Positions 1 to 8,438 of a stretch of DNA of 64,000 nt are shown piece after piece (position 1 is the stretch's first letter; the number at the start of each line of letters is the position of its first letter). The stretch lies in assembly GCA_934096705.1 (NCBI GenBank), contig CAKOMR010000006.1, positions 2,398 through 66,397 of the forward strand. Direction: 5' to 3'. Below the pieces are notes generated by a model that was given only the letters and a program-made list of their open reading frames with translations, was not told the origin of the DNA and did not search any database. A program made the position numbers and the translations under genes. This DNA is from an uncultured Bacilli bacterium. GTDB taxonomy: Bacteria > Bacillota_I > Bacilli_A > RF39 > UBA660.

Positions 1-1334
1 CTTAATAATTTGGGAAAAACTTGATATCCATAATGAAAATTTTTAATCATTTTATCTAAATATTCTTTTATTTCACTATCTTCTAATTCCCAATAAGCTT
101 CTAAATTAAAATAGGGATCATCATTTGGTAAAGCATTTTCTATTTCAACTGTTATATATTGATTTAAAGTGTTCTTCATCTGACTTAAATTAAGGCTAGA
201 AGAACATAAATAATCACTAATAAAATCAAACGCAGTAAAATAATCAGTCATTTTTTGTAATCCATCATCAGTGAATGATGTTGCACCAGAATATTTTGCA
301 CCATTTAATTTTTGTTTTATTTCAACACCATTTTTTAATAATACAGACATATGAATTGTATTAATAAATGTTAATTCTAAAATTCTATTTTCTTTTTCTT
401 CATATTTTTGCTTTTTAATTTGATTAAATATAATTTCATATTCATTTAATAAAAAAATTATAGTTCTAATATTACAACAATTATCTTTTTTTAGTGTTTC
501 AACTAATAAACTCTTTTGGGATTTCAAATACTCATAGTATTTCTTATTTTTAATATGGTTTTCTAAAATATTATTTATTATTTTTTCCAAATTTGGCACA
601 TAATCTATAGTTTTACCAATTAATTTTTCTTTTATTAATTTATACTTATTTTCTGTGTTATATGTTTTGTTAACTCTTTTTTTAATATCTTCTATCTTTG
701 GCTTAGTAACTGTATCATTACTTTGCCATGAATTAACTTTTTTATTTTCGCCATACTCAATATTATTATATAAGCAACTAATTATTTTTAATTCATAATT
801 ATTATCTATATTTAGCTTTTCTATTTCGTTTTCGTTAGCAACTATAATACACTTAACATTCTTGTGTTCCACATAATCATTAATAAACCCCAAGACTTCA
901 TTAATAGGTATATTAACTCTTTCTAAATCGTCAAATATAATTAATTTTTTCGAAACATCTATAAAATTACTCATTAACTCAGTTGCATCAATACTTTTTG
1001 CATCTGGTAAAGGTATTTTAAAAATACTTGAAATGGCCGATGAAAAGCTTCTATAACCAGCGCCTAATATTTTGCCTCCCTTTTTTATTTTTTTATTTAT
1101 TTTCATATTTTTGTTCATTATTGAGTATAGTATTTTTTTACTTATATCACTTGTATTACTAAGCCCATATAAAGAAACATATACACTATCATTAATTTCT
1201 GCTAGTATTTTGTTTTTAACAAAATATGTTTTACCGCATCCCCACTCTCCATTAAGTAGAATTGCATACTGACTATTAACATCAGAGTAGTATGTTTTAA
1301 TTATTTCAATTATTTCTTCCTCGCTTAAATTCAT
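1..1334 (-). CDS. KAP-family P-loop NTPase, N-terminal ~444 aa (C-terminus runs off the left edge; absent from the ORF track because no stop lies in the window)
   Basis: Own translation from ATG 1334-1332 gives MNLSEEEIIEIIKTYYSDVNSQYAILLNGEWGCGKTYFVKNK...KKLIIFDDLERVNIP..., open to position 1. Walker A GEWGCGKT and Walker B-like IIFDDLER are KAP NTPase hallmarks. RBS GGAGGA at 1345-1350. Confidence 0.7.
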   Translation of the reverse strand, partial: MNLSEEEIIEIIKTYYSDVNSQYAILLNGEWGCGKTYFVKNKILAEINDSVYVSLYGLSNTSDISKKILYSIMNKNMKINKKIKKGGKILGAGYRSFSSAISSIFKIPLPDAKSIDATELMSNFIDVSKKLIIFDDLERVNIPINEVLGFINDYVEHKNVKCIIVANENEIEKLNIDNNYELKIISCLYNNIEYGENKKVNSWQSNDTVTKPKIEDIKKRVNKTYNTENKYKLIKEKLIGKTIDYVPNLEKIINNILENHIKNKKYYEYLKSQKSLLVETLKKDNCCNIRTIIFLLNEYEIIFNQIKKQKYEEKENRILELTFINTIHMSVLLKNGVEIKQKLNGAKYSGATSFTDDGLQKMTDYFTAFDFISDYLCSSSLNLSQMKNTLNQYITVEIENALPNDDPYFNLEAYWELEDSEIKEYLDKMIKNFHYGYQVFPKLL

Positions 1335-1526
1335 AACAATTTTATCCTCCTTATAAAAGAAAAAATTCTATACTATAATTGTATAGAACTCTATGATTAC
1401 ATTATACTACTTTATCTCTTAAATGTCTGCAATAATCATGCAATTTTAACAAAACTTGTTCCCGAGTTGTTCCCAAGAATTATTTTCATTCTTCTCTATA
1501 CTCACAACCCATTATAAAATGGGCAT

Positions 1527-1555
1527 AAAAAATGAGAGCACGGTTAAATGCTCTC
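1527..1555 (-). terminator. Rho-independent terminator of trpS
   Basis: Hairpin GAGAGCA/TGCTCTC (1534-1540 / 1549-1555) followed on the minus strand by a T-run (plus-strand A-run 1527-1532), 20 nt after the trpS stop. Confidence 0.6.
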
Positions 1556-1575
1556 TTCAGGGGGCACAATCTTTT

Positions 1576-2562
1576 TTAATTAAGTCCAACTTTTTTCTTC
1601 ATTTCAATCATTTTTTCATAAGCAAGTTTTCTAGAATTTTCTTTACCTTTTTCTAATATTTCATCAAGTCTACCAGAACTTATAATATGATTATATTTTG
1701 TCTGAATATCACTTATCATATTTGATGTTAATGATGCTACATACTTTTTAAAGTTGCCATAGCCAGAGTTTTTATATTCATTTGCAATATCCTCTACAGT
1801 TCTTTTCGAAATAACGCTTGCTATATTAAGCAAATTAGAAATTCCAGGTTTATTTTCTTCATCGAAATACACTAAATTTTCACTATCTGTAGTTGCTCCC
1901 ATTATCTTTTTGCTTACCATTTCTGGGCTATCGAATAAAGAAATAACTCCATTTGGATTAGTTTCTGATTTACTCATTTTTTTACTTGGATCTTTCAAAT
2001 CTTTAATTTTAATTCCCTCTTTACTAATTAAAGGCTGAGGAAGTTTAAAAGTTTCCCCATATTTATTATTAAATCTTTCTGCAATATCACGTGCAATTTC
2101 AACATGTTGTTTTTGATCTATGCCTACAGGAACATAATCTGAATCACAATATAAAATATCTGCAGCCATTAAAATTGGATAAGTTAAAAGTCCTACAGTA
2201 AAGTTTTCTTTACCTTTAGATTTTTCTTTAAACTGAATCATTCTTGATGCTTCACCATAATATGTATTACATTCCAAAATCCATGAAATCATAGGGATAT
2301 ATTCATTATCTGATTGAATATAAACAACCACCTTTTCTGTGTCTATTCCACAAGCAATATACATTGCAATAAACTTTTTAATTCTATTTCTTAAAGTATC
2401 AGGATCTTGATATTCAGTAAGTGCATGAAGATCTGCTACAAAAAGATATACTTCATTATTTTCATCATTTGAAAGTTCTACCATTTGTGATATTGCTCCA
2501 ATATAATTACCTAAAGTAAGTTCTCCAGTTGGTTTTAATCCAGTTAAAATTCTTTTTTTCAT
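1576..2562 (-). CDS. trpS: Tryptophanyl-tRNA synthetase
   Basis: MKKRILTGLKPTGELTLGNYIGAI (HIGH-type region) and KMSKSE (KMSKS). Start moved to M33 of the ORF because upstream codons lie in the T-box terminator. Confidence 0.95.
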   Translation of the reverse strand: MKKRILTGLKPTGELTLGNYIGAISQMVELSNDENNEVYLFVADLHALTEYQDPDTLRNRIKKFIAMYIACGIDTEKVVVYIQSDNEYIPMISWILECNTYYGEASRMIQFKEKSKGKENFTVGLLTYPILMAADILYCDSDYVPVGIDQKQHVEIARDIAERFNNKYGETFKLPQPLISKEGIKIKDLKDPSKKMSKSETNPNGVISLFDSPEMVSKKIMGATTDSENLVYFDEENKPGISNLLNIASVISKRTVEDIANEYKNSGYGNFKKYVASLTSNMISDIQTKYNHIISSGRLDEILEKGKENSRKLAYEKMIEMKKKVGLN

Positions 2563-2580
2563 ATTTATCCTTCTTTCTTT

Positions 2581-2820
2581 AAAAAAAATCTTATCCTCAA
2601 TAATTAGGATAAGATTTAAATTCTTATTAATGCCACCTAAAAAGTGTGTCATGTACATTTATACATGCTATTTTGTTAACGAAGTTAAGTACTCCGTGCT
2701 AGCCTACTAAAATTTCGGTAGCCTCTTAAAAGTCCATTTCGAATAACATCAATTTATAACTTTCCACCATTTAGTTACTCTCTATAAAATCAATATTACC
2801 TACTTTTCTTTCTCATCGAT
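2581..2820 (-). promoter_or_regulatory. T-box leader (Trp specifier) controlling trpS
   Basis: Minus strand shows Stem I start ATCGATGAGAAAGAAAAGTAGG and AGAGAGTAAC...TGGTGGAAAG with a TGG specifier (2764-2766) followed by A. T-box element TAGGTGGCA (UGGC fits a G discriminator). Terminator ATCTTATCC...GGATAAGAT plus T8. Confidence 0.85.
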
Positions 2821-2830
2821 TTACAAGTTT

Positions 2831-2859
2831 ATTGTATAAAAATTCTTTTTCTTTGTCAA
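2831..2859 (-). promoter_or_regulatory. Sigma-A type promoter for the trpS leader
   Basis: Minus strand TTGACA (2859-2854), 17 nt, TACAAT (2836-2831). Confidence 0.5.
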
Positions 2860-2871
2860 TAACAATATATT

Positions 2872-4848
2872 TTATAATTCAAATTGAGAATTATAAAGTT
2901 TAGCATAAAAGCCATCTTTTTTCATAAGTTCATCATGAGAACCTTGCTCTATAATATTTCCTTCATTCATAACTAATATTAAATCAGCATTTTTTATAGT
3001 TGAAAGTCTATGAGCAATTATAAATGATGTTTTATCTTCCATTAGTTTATCCATAGCTTTTTGAACAAGTTCTTCAGTTCTAGTATCAACATTTGATGTA
3101 GCTTCATCTAGTATTAAAAGTGGAGCCTTTTCACACATACCACGAGCTATTGTAAGAAGTTGTTTTTGTCCTGCGGAAATATTATCATTTTCAGAAATTA
3201 CAGTATCATAATTATTTGGAAGTGTTTTAATAAAATGATCTAGTCCAATATATTTACATACATTTTCTATTTCTTTATCAGTAATTTTTGAATTATTATA
3301 TCTAATATTGTCTTTAACAGTTCCTTCGAAAAGCCAAGTATCTTGAAGTACCATCGTAAATAAATTATGAATATTTTCTCTTGTTAAATCATGAATACTT
3401 TTTCCATCAATAGTTATATCTCCATCATGTATATCATAAAACTTCATAAGTAAGTTTACCATAGTTGTTTTACCTGCACCAGTTGGTCCTACAATAGCAA
3501 TTTTTTGGCCTGATTTAACTTTTGCAGAAAAATCTTTAATAATAGTTTTACCATTTTCATCATATTTAAATGAAACATGGTTAAACTCAATATTTCCTTT
3601 TACACTATCTTTATCAAGTTTATCTTTATTTTCTTCTTTAGACATTTCTTCTTCATCTAAGAATTCAAATACTCTTTCCGAAGATGCTAAAGCAGATTGT
3701 ATAAAAGTAAATTCCTGCGCTATTGAGGAAAGTGGCATTGTAAATAGTCTTACATATGTAATAAAGGCAATAATTACACCAAAAGTGATTTTACCATTCA
3801 TTGTAAGAAGTGCACCAGCAATACATACAGCTACGTAGCCAAAATTACCTACGAAGCTCATCATTGGATGCATAAGTCCTGATAAGAAGCCACTTTTTCT
3901 ACTACATTCACTAACCTCTTTATTTATTTTATCAAATTTTTTATTTGCATCATCTTGTCCATTATAAACTTTAACAACGTTAAGTCCAGAATAAATCTCT
4001 TCGATATGACTATTAAGTTTTCCTAAACCTTCTTGTCTTTTTACAAAATATTTTTGACTCTTAGAAAGAATTATTGCCATAAAAACAAAACCTATTAATG
4101 ATGAAAATATTGCTGTTAAACTCATAACTGCATTTGTTTTAAACATCATAATAATTGAACCAAATAATAATGTCACATTACTTGCAAGTGAAGAAAGTGA
4201 ATTATTAAGTGTTTGAGCAAGTGTATCAACATCATTTGTTACTCTTGATAATATATCTCCAGTTTGATGATTATCAAAATATTTAAGAGGTAATTTATTA
4301 ATTTTTTGTGATATTCTTTTTCTTAGTGTTCTAGCAAAATTATTTGATACATTAGTCATAGAAAGTGCTTGTAAAAAGCCAAATATACTACTTACAAAAT
4401 AAACCACTAAAAGCATAATACATATGTTTTTAATTTTTTTAATATCCATTTTTGGTTTAATTACTTTTTGAATGTTTTCAGGCATTTTTTCAAGTGCATT
4501 ATATAATTCTTTTGCGCTTGCATCTTTATTTAATGTTTTTAAAGCATTAACATATTCTAATTGATCGTTCATACTTATAGTAACATTATCAATAACAATG
4601 TCACTTCCAAAAGATGTTTCTATTTTTTCATTTAAAATATTTAGATTTTTCGAATTAATTACTAAACCTTTTTGAATTTCATCAGTTAATTTAGAAAGTC
4701 TATTCGGAGCACTTATTGTAAGTACTGAACCAAAAATAGCTAAAATTAAACTTATTATAACAAGTACTTTAAATGGTTTTAATTCCTTTACAAGTCTTTT
4801 AAGTGAACCCTTAAAATCTTTTGCATTTTCCATTTTTTTATTATGCAT
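2872..4848 (-). CDS. ABC transporter ATP-binding/permease fusion (type I exporter half-transporter, heterodimer partner B)
   Basis: N-terminal 6-TM domain, then Walker A GPTGAGKTT, signature SAGQKQ and Walker B LLILDEATS. Start set at MHNKKMENAK (4848), overlapping the upstream stop by 8 nt. Confidence 0.9.
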   Translation of the reverse strand: MHNKKMENAKDFKGSLKRLVKELKPFKVLVIISLILAIFGSVLTISAPNRLSKLTDEIQKGLVINSKNLNILNEKIETSFGSDIVIDNVTISMNDQLEYVNALKTLNKDASAKELYNALEKMPENIQKVIKPKMDIKKIKNICIMLLVVYFVSSIFGFLQALSMTNVSNNFARTLRKRISQKINKLPLKYFDNHQTGDILSRVTNDVDTLAQTLNNSLSSLASNVTLLFGSIIMMFKTNAVMSLTAIFSSLIGFVFMAIILSKSQKYFVKRQEGLGKLNSHIEEIYSGLNVVKVYNGQDDANKKFDKINKEVSECSRKSGFLSGLMHPMMSFVGNFGYVAVCIAGALLTMNGKITFGVIIAFITYVRLFTMPLSSIAQEFTFIQSALASSERVFEFLDEEEMSKEENKDKLDKDSVKGNIEFNHVSFKYDENGKTIIKDFSAKVKSGQKIAIVGPTGAGKTTMVNLLMKFYDIHDGDITIDGKSIHDLTRENIHNLFTMVLQDTWLFEGTVKDNIRYNNSKITDKEIENVCKYIGLDHFIKTLPNNYDTVISENDNISAGQKQLLTIARGMCEKAPLLILDEATSNVDTRTEELVQKAMDKLMEDKTSFIIAHRLSTIKNADLILVMNEGNIIEQGSHDELMKKDGFYAKLYNSQFEL

Positions 4849-6598
4849 TTTCAAGCTCCTTTCTAGAAAGCTGTGAATAAGCAATTTCCTTATAAACGTC
4901 ACAATTTTTTAATAATTCTTTGTGAGTTCCCATGCCAACCATCTTTCCATTATCAAGAACAATAATCTTGTCTGCATTAAGAATAGTTCCAATTCTTTGT
5001 GCTACGATTAAAGTTGTCGCACCTTTTGCATTTTCTTTTAAAGCCTTTCTAAGTGATGAATCAGTTTTATAGTCAAGGGCTGAAAAAGAGTCATCAAATA
5101 TATATATTTCTGGGTCTTTAGCAATTGCTCTTGCAATAGATAATCTTTGCTTTTGACCTCCAGATACATTTGTTCCACCAGATGCTATATGTGAATCTAT
5201 ATCTTTATCCATTTTAGAAACAAAGTCATATCCTTGAGCGATTTCCAAAGCTTCTTTGACTTTATCAGCTGTTATTTTTCTATTTGATTTACCATAAGAA
5301 ACATTTGATTTAACTGTTCCATCAAACATAACTGCTCTTTGAGAAACATAACCAAGTTTATTATGTAAACTTTCAAAGTTATATTCTTTTACATTTACGC
5401 CATCAATTAATACTTCTCCATCGGTAGCATCATAAAATCTTGGTACTAAATTTATAAGAGTACTTTTTCCACTACCCGTTGAACCTATAAAGGCAATAGT
5501 TTGCCCTTTTTCAGCTTTAAATGAAATATCTCTTAATAAATATTCATCAGCATCAGGATATTTAAATGACACATTTTTAAATTCTATCGTTCCAACTTCA
5601 CTTGTTTTTCCGTCAAATGCACCTTCATTGACAGTTATCTTTTCATCAAGAACTTCATTAATTCTTTGTGCAGATACATTTGCTCTTGGTAAAATCATAA
5701 AAATCATTGAAAGCATAATAAATGACATAATTATTTGCATTGCATAAGTAGAAAATACTACCATATCTCCAAAAAGAGTTAATTTATTAGTCATTAAGGC
5801 ATTATTTATAAGACTTGCGCCAATAAAGTAAATACCTAAAGTTAGCGTGTACATTACCATGGTCATAATTGGGTCTAGTACCGCAAAACATTTTTGATTG
5901 AAAAGTTGAGTATTTGTAAGTGTATCATTTTCTTTTTGAAATTTATTTTCTTGAAATTTTTCAGCATTAAATGCACGTACCACTCTAATGCCTGTTAGAT
6001 TTTCTCTCGTTACACGATTTACTTTATCGATTAATTTTTGTACTAAAGAAAATCTTGGCATAACAATACTTGTAATAATTCCAATTGTTATAAGAAGTAC
6101 AACAACGCAAGATGCTGTTAAAGCACTCCATTGCCAACTTTTATTTAATATTTTAATTATAGCCCATGCAGCAGTCATTGGTGCTTTCATTAAAAGTGAC
6201 AATCCCATTGATAAAAACATTTCAATTTGACTTACGTCATTTGTAGTTCTTGTAATCAAACTACTTACAGAAAAATTTTTTACTTCTGCAGTTGATAAAT
6301 CCATGGTTTTTGAAAAAACTTTTTTTCTAACATTTTTAGAAAACGTGGTTGATACATAAGTTAATATATAGCTTGTTATAACAGCTCCAATTAAAGAGCC
6401 AAAAGCACATAAAAGCATGTATCCACCATTTTTTAGTATCTCACGCATTTTACTACCTTCAGTTTGAACAAGGACTGTTATATTGCTCATATAATCTGGC
6501 ATTTTTAATTCTAACCAAACTTCTAAGAAAATAATGACTGCGCATATCAAAATAAGTAAATAATCTTTTTTTCTTAAATTTTTAAATAATTTTAACAT
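4841..6598 (-). CDS. ABC transporter ATP-binding/permease fusion (type I exporter half-transporter, partner A)
   Basis: TM domain plus GSTGSGKST, SGGQKQR and IYIFDDSFSALD. Overlaps the MarR gene and the downstream ABC gene, indicating an operon. Confidence 0.9.
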   Translation of the reverse strand: MLKLFKNLRKKDYLLILICAVIIFLEVWLELKMPDYMSNITVLVQTEGSKMREILKNGGYMLLCAFGSLIGAVITSYILTYVSTTFSKNVRKKVFSKTMDLSTAEVKNFSVSSLITRTTNDVSQIEMFLSMGLSLLMKAPMTAAWAIIKILNKSWQWSALTASCVVVLLITIGIITSIVMPRFSLVQKLIDKVNRVTRENLTGIRVVRAFNAEKFQENKFQKENDTLTNTQLFNQKCFAVLDPIMTMVMYTLTLGIYFIGASLINNALMTNKLTLFGDMVVFSTYAMQIIMSFIMLSMIFMILPRANVSAQRINEVLDEKITVNEGAFDGKTSEVGTIEFKNVSFKYPDADEYLLRDISFKAEKGQTIAFIGSTGSGKSTLINLVPRFYDATDGEVLIDGVNVKEYNFESLHNKLGYVSQRAVMFDGTVKSNVSYGKSNRKITADKVKEALEIAQGYDFVSKMDKDIDSHIASGGTNVSGGQKQRLSIARAIAKDPEIYIFDDSFSALDYKTDSSLRKALKENAKGATTLIVAQRIGTILNADKIIVLDNGKMVGMGTHKELLKNCDVYKEIAYSQLSRKELENA

Positions 6599-7031
6599 TT
6601 TTTTCCTCCTTTAAATTTTCTGTCATTTTAGATAAAACCTTTATAAATGTATTTAAATCTTCTTCATTTATTCCATCAGTACATTTTTTTTCAAGATTTT
6701 CAATTTTATCTTTACTACTTTCAAATACTTTTTGAGCATTATTACTTAAAACTATTTTTTTAGTTCTAGTATCATTATTATCAGTAATTCTTACAATTAA
6801 ACCATTTTTTTCCATTGTTATTAAAACACTTGAAACCGTGGCTCTAGAAAGTCCTAATACTTTTTCAAAGTCTTTTTGAAGTGCATATTTTTTAGGGCTA
6901 TTTATAATATATTCCATAATTTCAATTTGGGTAGTTGTAACATTTGGATATTTTGGCATATCCTTAACTCCCATATTATTAATAACTAATTGATGAAATG
7001 TTTTAACACTTTTCAAAATACTTCTTTTCAT
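6582..7031 (-). CDS. MarR-family transcriptional regulator
   Basis: Winged-helix core TTTQIEIMEYI...LQKDFEKVLGLSRATVSSVLITMEKNGLIVR...DTRTKKIVLS. First gene of the ABC exporter operon. Confidence 0.85.
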   Translation of the reverse strand: MKRSILKSVKTFHQLVINNMGVKDMPKYPNVTTTQIEIMEYIINSPKKYALQKDFEKVLGLSRATVSSVLITMEKNGLIVRITDNNDTRTKKIVLSNNAQKVFESSKDKIENLEKKCTDGINEEDLNTFIKVLSKMTENLKEEKNVKII

Positions 7032-7064
7032 ACAAACCTCACATACCTTTTATGCACATGAGTA

Positions 7065-7092
7065 ATTATATCATTATTCATAATTTTGTCAA
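7065..7092 (-). promoter_or_regulatory. Sigma-A type promoter of the marR-ABC operon
   Basis: Minus strand TTGACA (7092-7087), 16 nt, TATAAT (7070-7065). RBS GAGG lies 6 nt before the ATG. Confidence 0.5.
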
Positions 7093-7101
7093 TGCCCTTA
7101 C

Positions 7102-7128
7102 AAAAAAATAAACTCAAAATTTGAGTTT
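7102..7128 (-). terminator. Rho-independent terminator closing the 8352-7191 cassette
   Basis: Hairpin AAACTC...GAGTTT (7110-7128) with a minus-strand T-run (plus-strand A-run 7102-7108). Confidence 0.6.
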
Positions 7129-7190
7129 AATAATTAAAGATATGAAGGTTTGCTTTTTCGACATTTTTCTAAGTAATCTTTTATAAATTT

Positions 7191-7406
7191 TTATTTAAAA
7201 AATCCAAAATGAGTACTACCACTTCTTTGACTTTCTCTTTGCTCTTCTTGAATTTTAATTTCTACATTTTTAATTCTTTCATTTACGTTATGAAGTTTTA
7301 TTAAAAAATTTCTCATTTCTTCTTTGTTTTCCGACTTTTTTAATGACTCAAGGATTTCATTTCTAATACCAATTAATTTATTTTTATAACCAATTAAATT
7401 TTCCAT
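7191..7406 (-). CDS. Small coiled-coil protein, unknown function (third gene of the Panacea cassette)
   Basis: ORF track 7191-7418; start preferred at MENLIGYK (7406), which has GGGATGG upstream. Heptad-like K/E/I/L-rich sequence with no recognisable family. Confidence 0.4.
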   Translation of the reverse strand: MENLIGYKNKLIGIRNEILESLKKSENKEEMRNFLIKLHNVNERIKNVEIKIQEEQRESQRSGSTHFGFFK

Positions 7407-7456
7407 AAACCATCCCAATTACATTAATTTAGCATATTTTATTATTTAAAACAATA

Positions 7457-7879
7457 TTAATTAAATTTTTGAATATCTTTTTTCGACATATAAATTACTC
7501 TTTCACTTTTTATCCCATATTTTATTTGATATCTTTTATAAGCCTTTAATAGTTCATTTAACTTTGTTTCAGATAAAACAGATATAGTTTTTCGAAATAG
7601 TAGTAATTCTGGAAAAAACTCTATAGTTAATTTTGTATTTAACTGAGCATAACTATCTTCATATAAAACAGTCTCTTTAGGATTATCCGAATCAATAAAA
7701 TAATTATATGGATAATACAAATTTTGTAATTTTCCTTTTATTTTATCTAATGCAATAACTTCAATATAACCATATTTTATTTTTGCTATAAGCATAGGAT
7801 GTTTAGTCATAGATACCAAATTACTCTGATACCTCACTTTAAGCCATAACACTTGACCAACTTTTAATTTATTAATCAT
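7457..7879 (-). CDS. Unassigned 140-aa protein, candidate toxin partner of the Panacea antitoxin (weak PemK/MazF-like N-terminal pattern)
   Basis: ATG overlaps the stop of 7876-8352 (ATGA). The N-terminus KVGQVLWLKVRYQSNLVSMTKHPMLIAKI resembles the MazF/PemK G-x-I-W...K-x-R-P-x-L-V motif by eye only. Confidence 0.4.
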   Translation of the reverse strand: MINKLKVGQVLWLKVRYQSNLVSMTKHPMLIAKIKYGYIEVIALDKIKGKLQNLYYPYNYFIDSDNPKETVLYEDSYAQLNTKLTIEFFPELLLFRKTISVLSETKLNELLKAYKRYQIKYGIKSERVIYMSKKDIQKFN

Positions 7880-8352
7880 ATTTTTAAGGCTTTTATTAAG
7901 CCTTCATATCTTTCTTTATATTCTTTGATATTACTTTCAACATCCATTTTCATATTTTTATGGGTCACATTTTTTAAGCGTTGCCATTCTGGATCTTCAT
8001 GACTTATTTCAATTAGTTCCTGTGTTGTAGCATTTTCAAGTGACAAATATATTTTGTCTAAAAAAATTTTAGTTTGTAAATTAATATGATTACTACATCC
8101 TTTAAGTCTTACATAAAGATTTCTTATTTTTTCAATTACAGGTCCATTATCATAAGCAATAAAATCATCTTCAAATAATTTTTTTCCATATTTTGCTAGA
8201 TATACAACTTGAGATAAAAATAGATACTTATTTAATTTTACATTTCCTTCATAAAATCTTATTCCATTATAAATCATAATATTTTTATTAAATATTTTTT
8301 TATTTGGATCTTTAGAAAGAAAGTATTCTGCCACGTCCTTTGCTGTTAACAT
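7876..8352 (-). CDS. Panacea / DUF4065 (SocA-like) antitoxin-domain protein
   Basis: AKDVAEYFL...VKLNKYLFLSQVVYLAKYGKKLFEDDFIAYDNGPVIEKIRNLY matches the DUF4065 core (KLxKLLY...G.PLF.e.f.AW..GPV...vY). Confidence 0.8.
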   Translation of the reverse strand: MLTAKDVAEYFLSKDPNKKIFNKNIMIYNGIRFYEGNVKLNKYLFLSQVVYLAKYGKKLFEDDFIAYDNGPVIEKIRNLYVRLKGCSNHINLQTKIFLDKIYLSLENATTQELIEISHEDPEWQRLKNVTHKNMKMDVESNIKEYKERYEGLIKALKI

Positions 8353-8438
8353 ATTTCTCCTTATTACGTACTACCTAAAACACATTATAAATATTACATT
8401 AAAAAATTGCAAGAAAAAAATGAGCTTTTAAACTCAAG

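Noticed and set aside
1072-1656. Plus-strand 66-aa ORFs at 1072-1272 and 1456-1656
   Set aside because: The first is antisense to the KAP NTPase Walker A region. The second spans the trpS terminator and the trpS 3' end. Both are F/I/L-rich translations typical of AT-rich antisense frames.
2563-2658. 32-codon N-terminal extension of the trpS ORF in the track
   Set aside because: The extension covers the T-box terminator hairpin and its T-run. Conserved TrpRS sequence begins at MKKRILTGLKPTG (2562).
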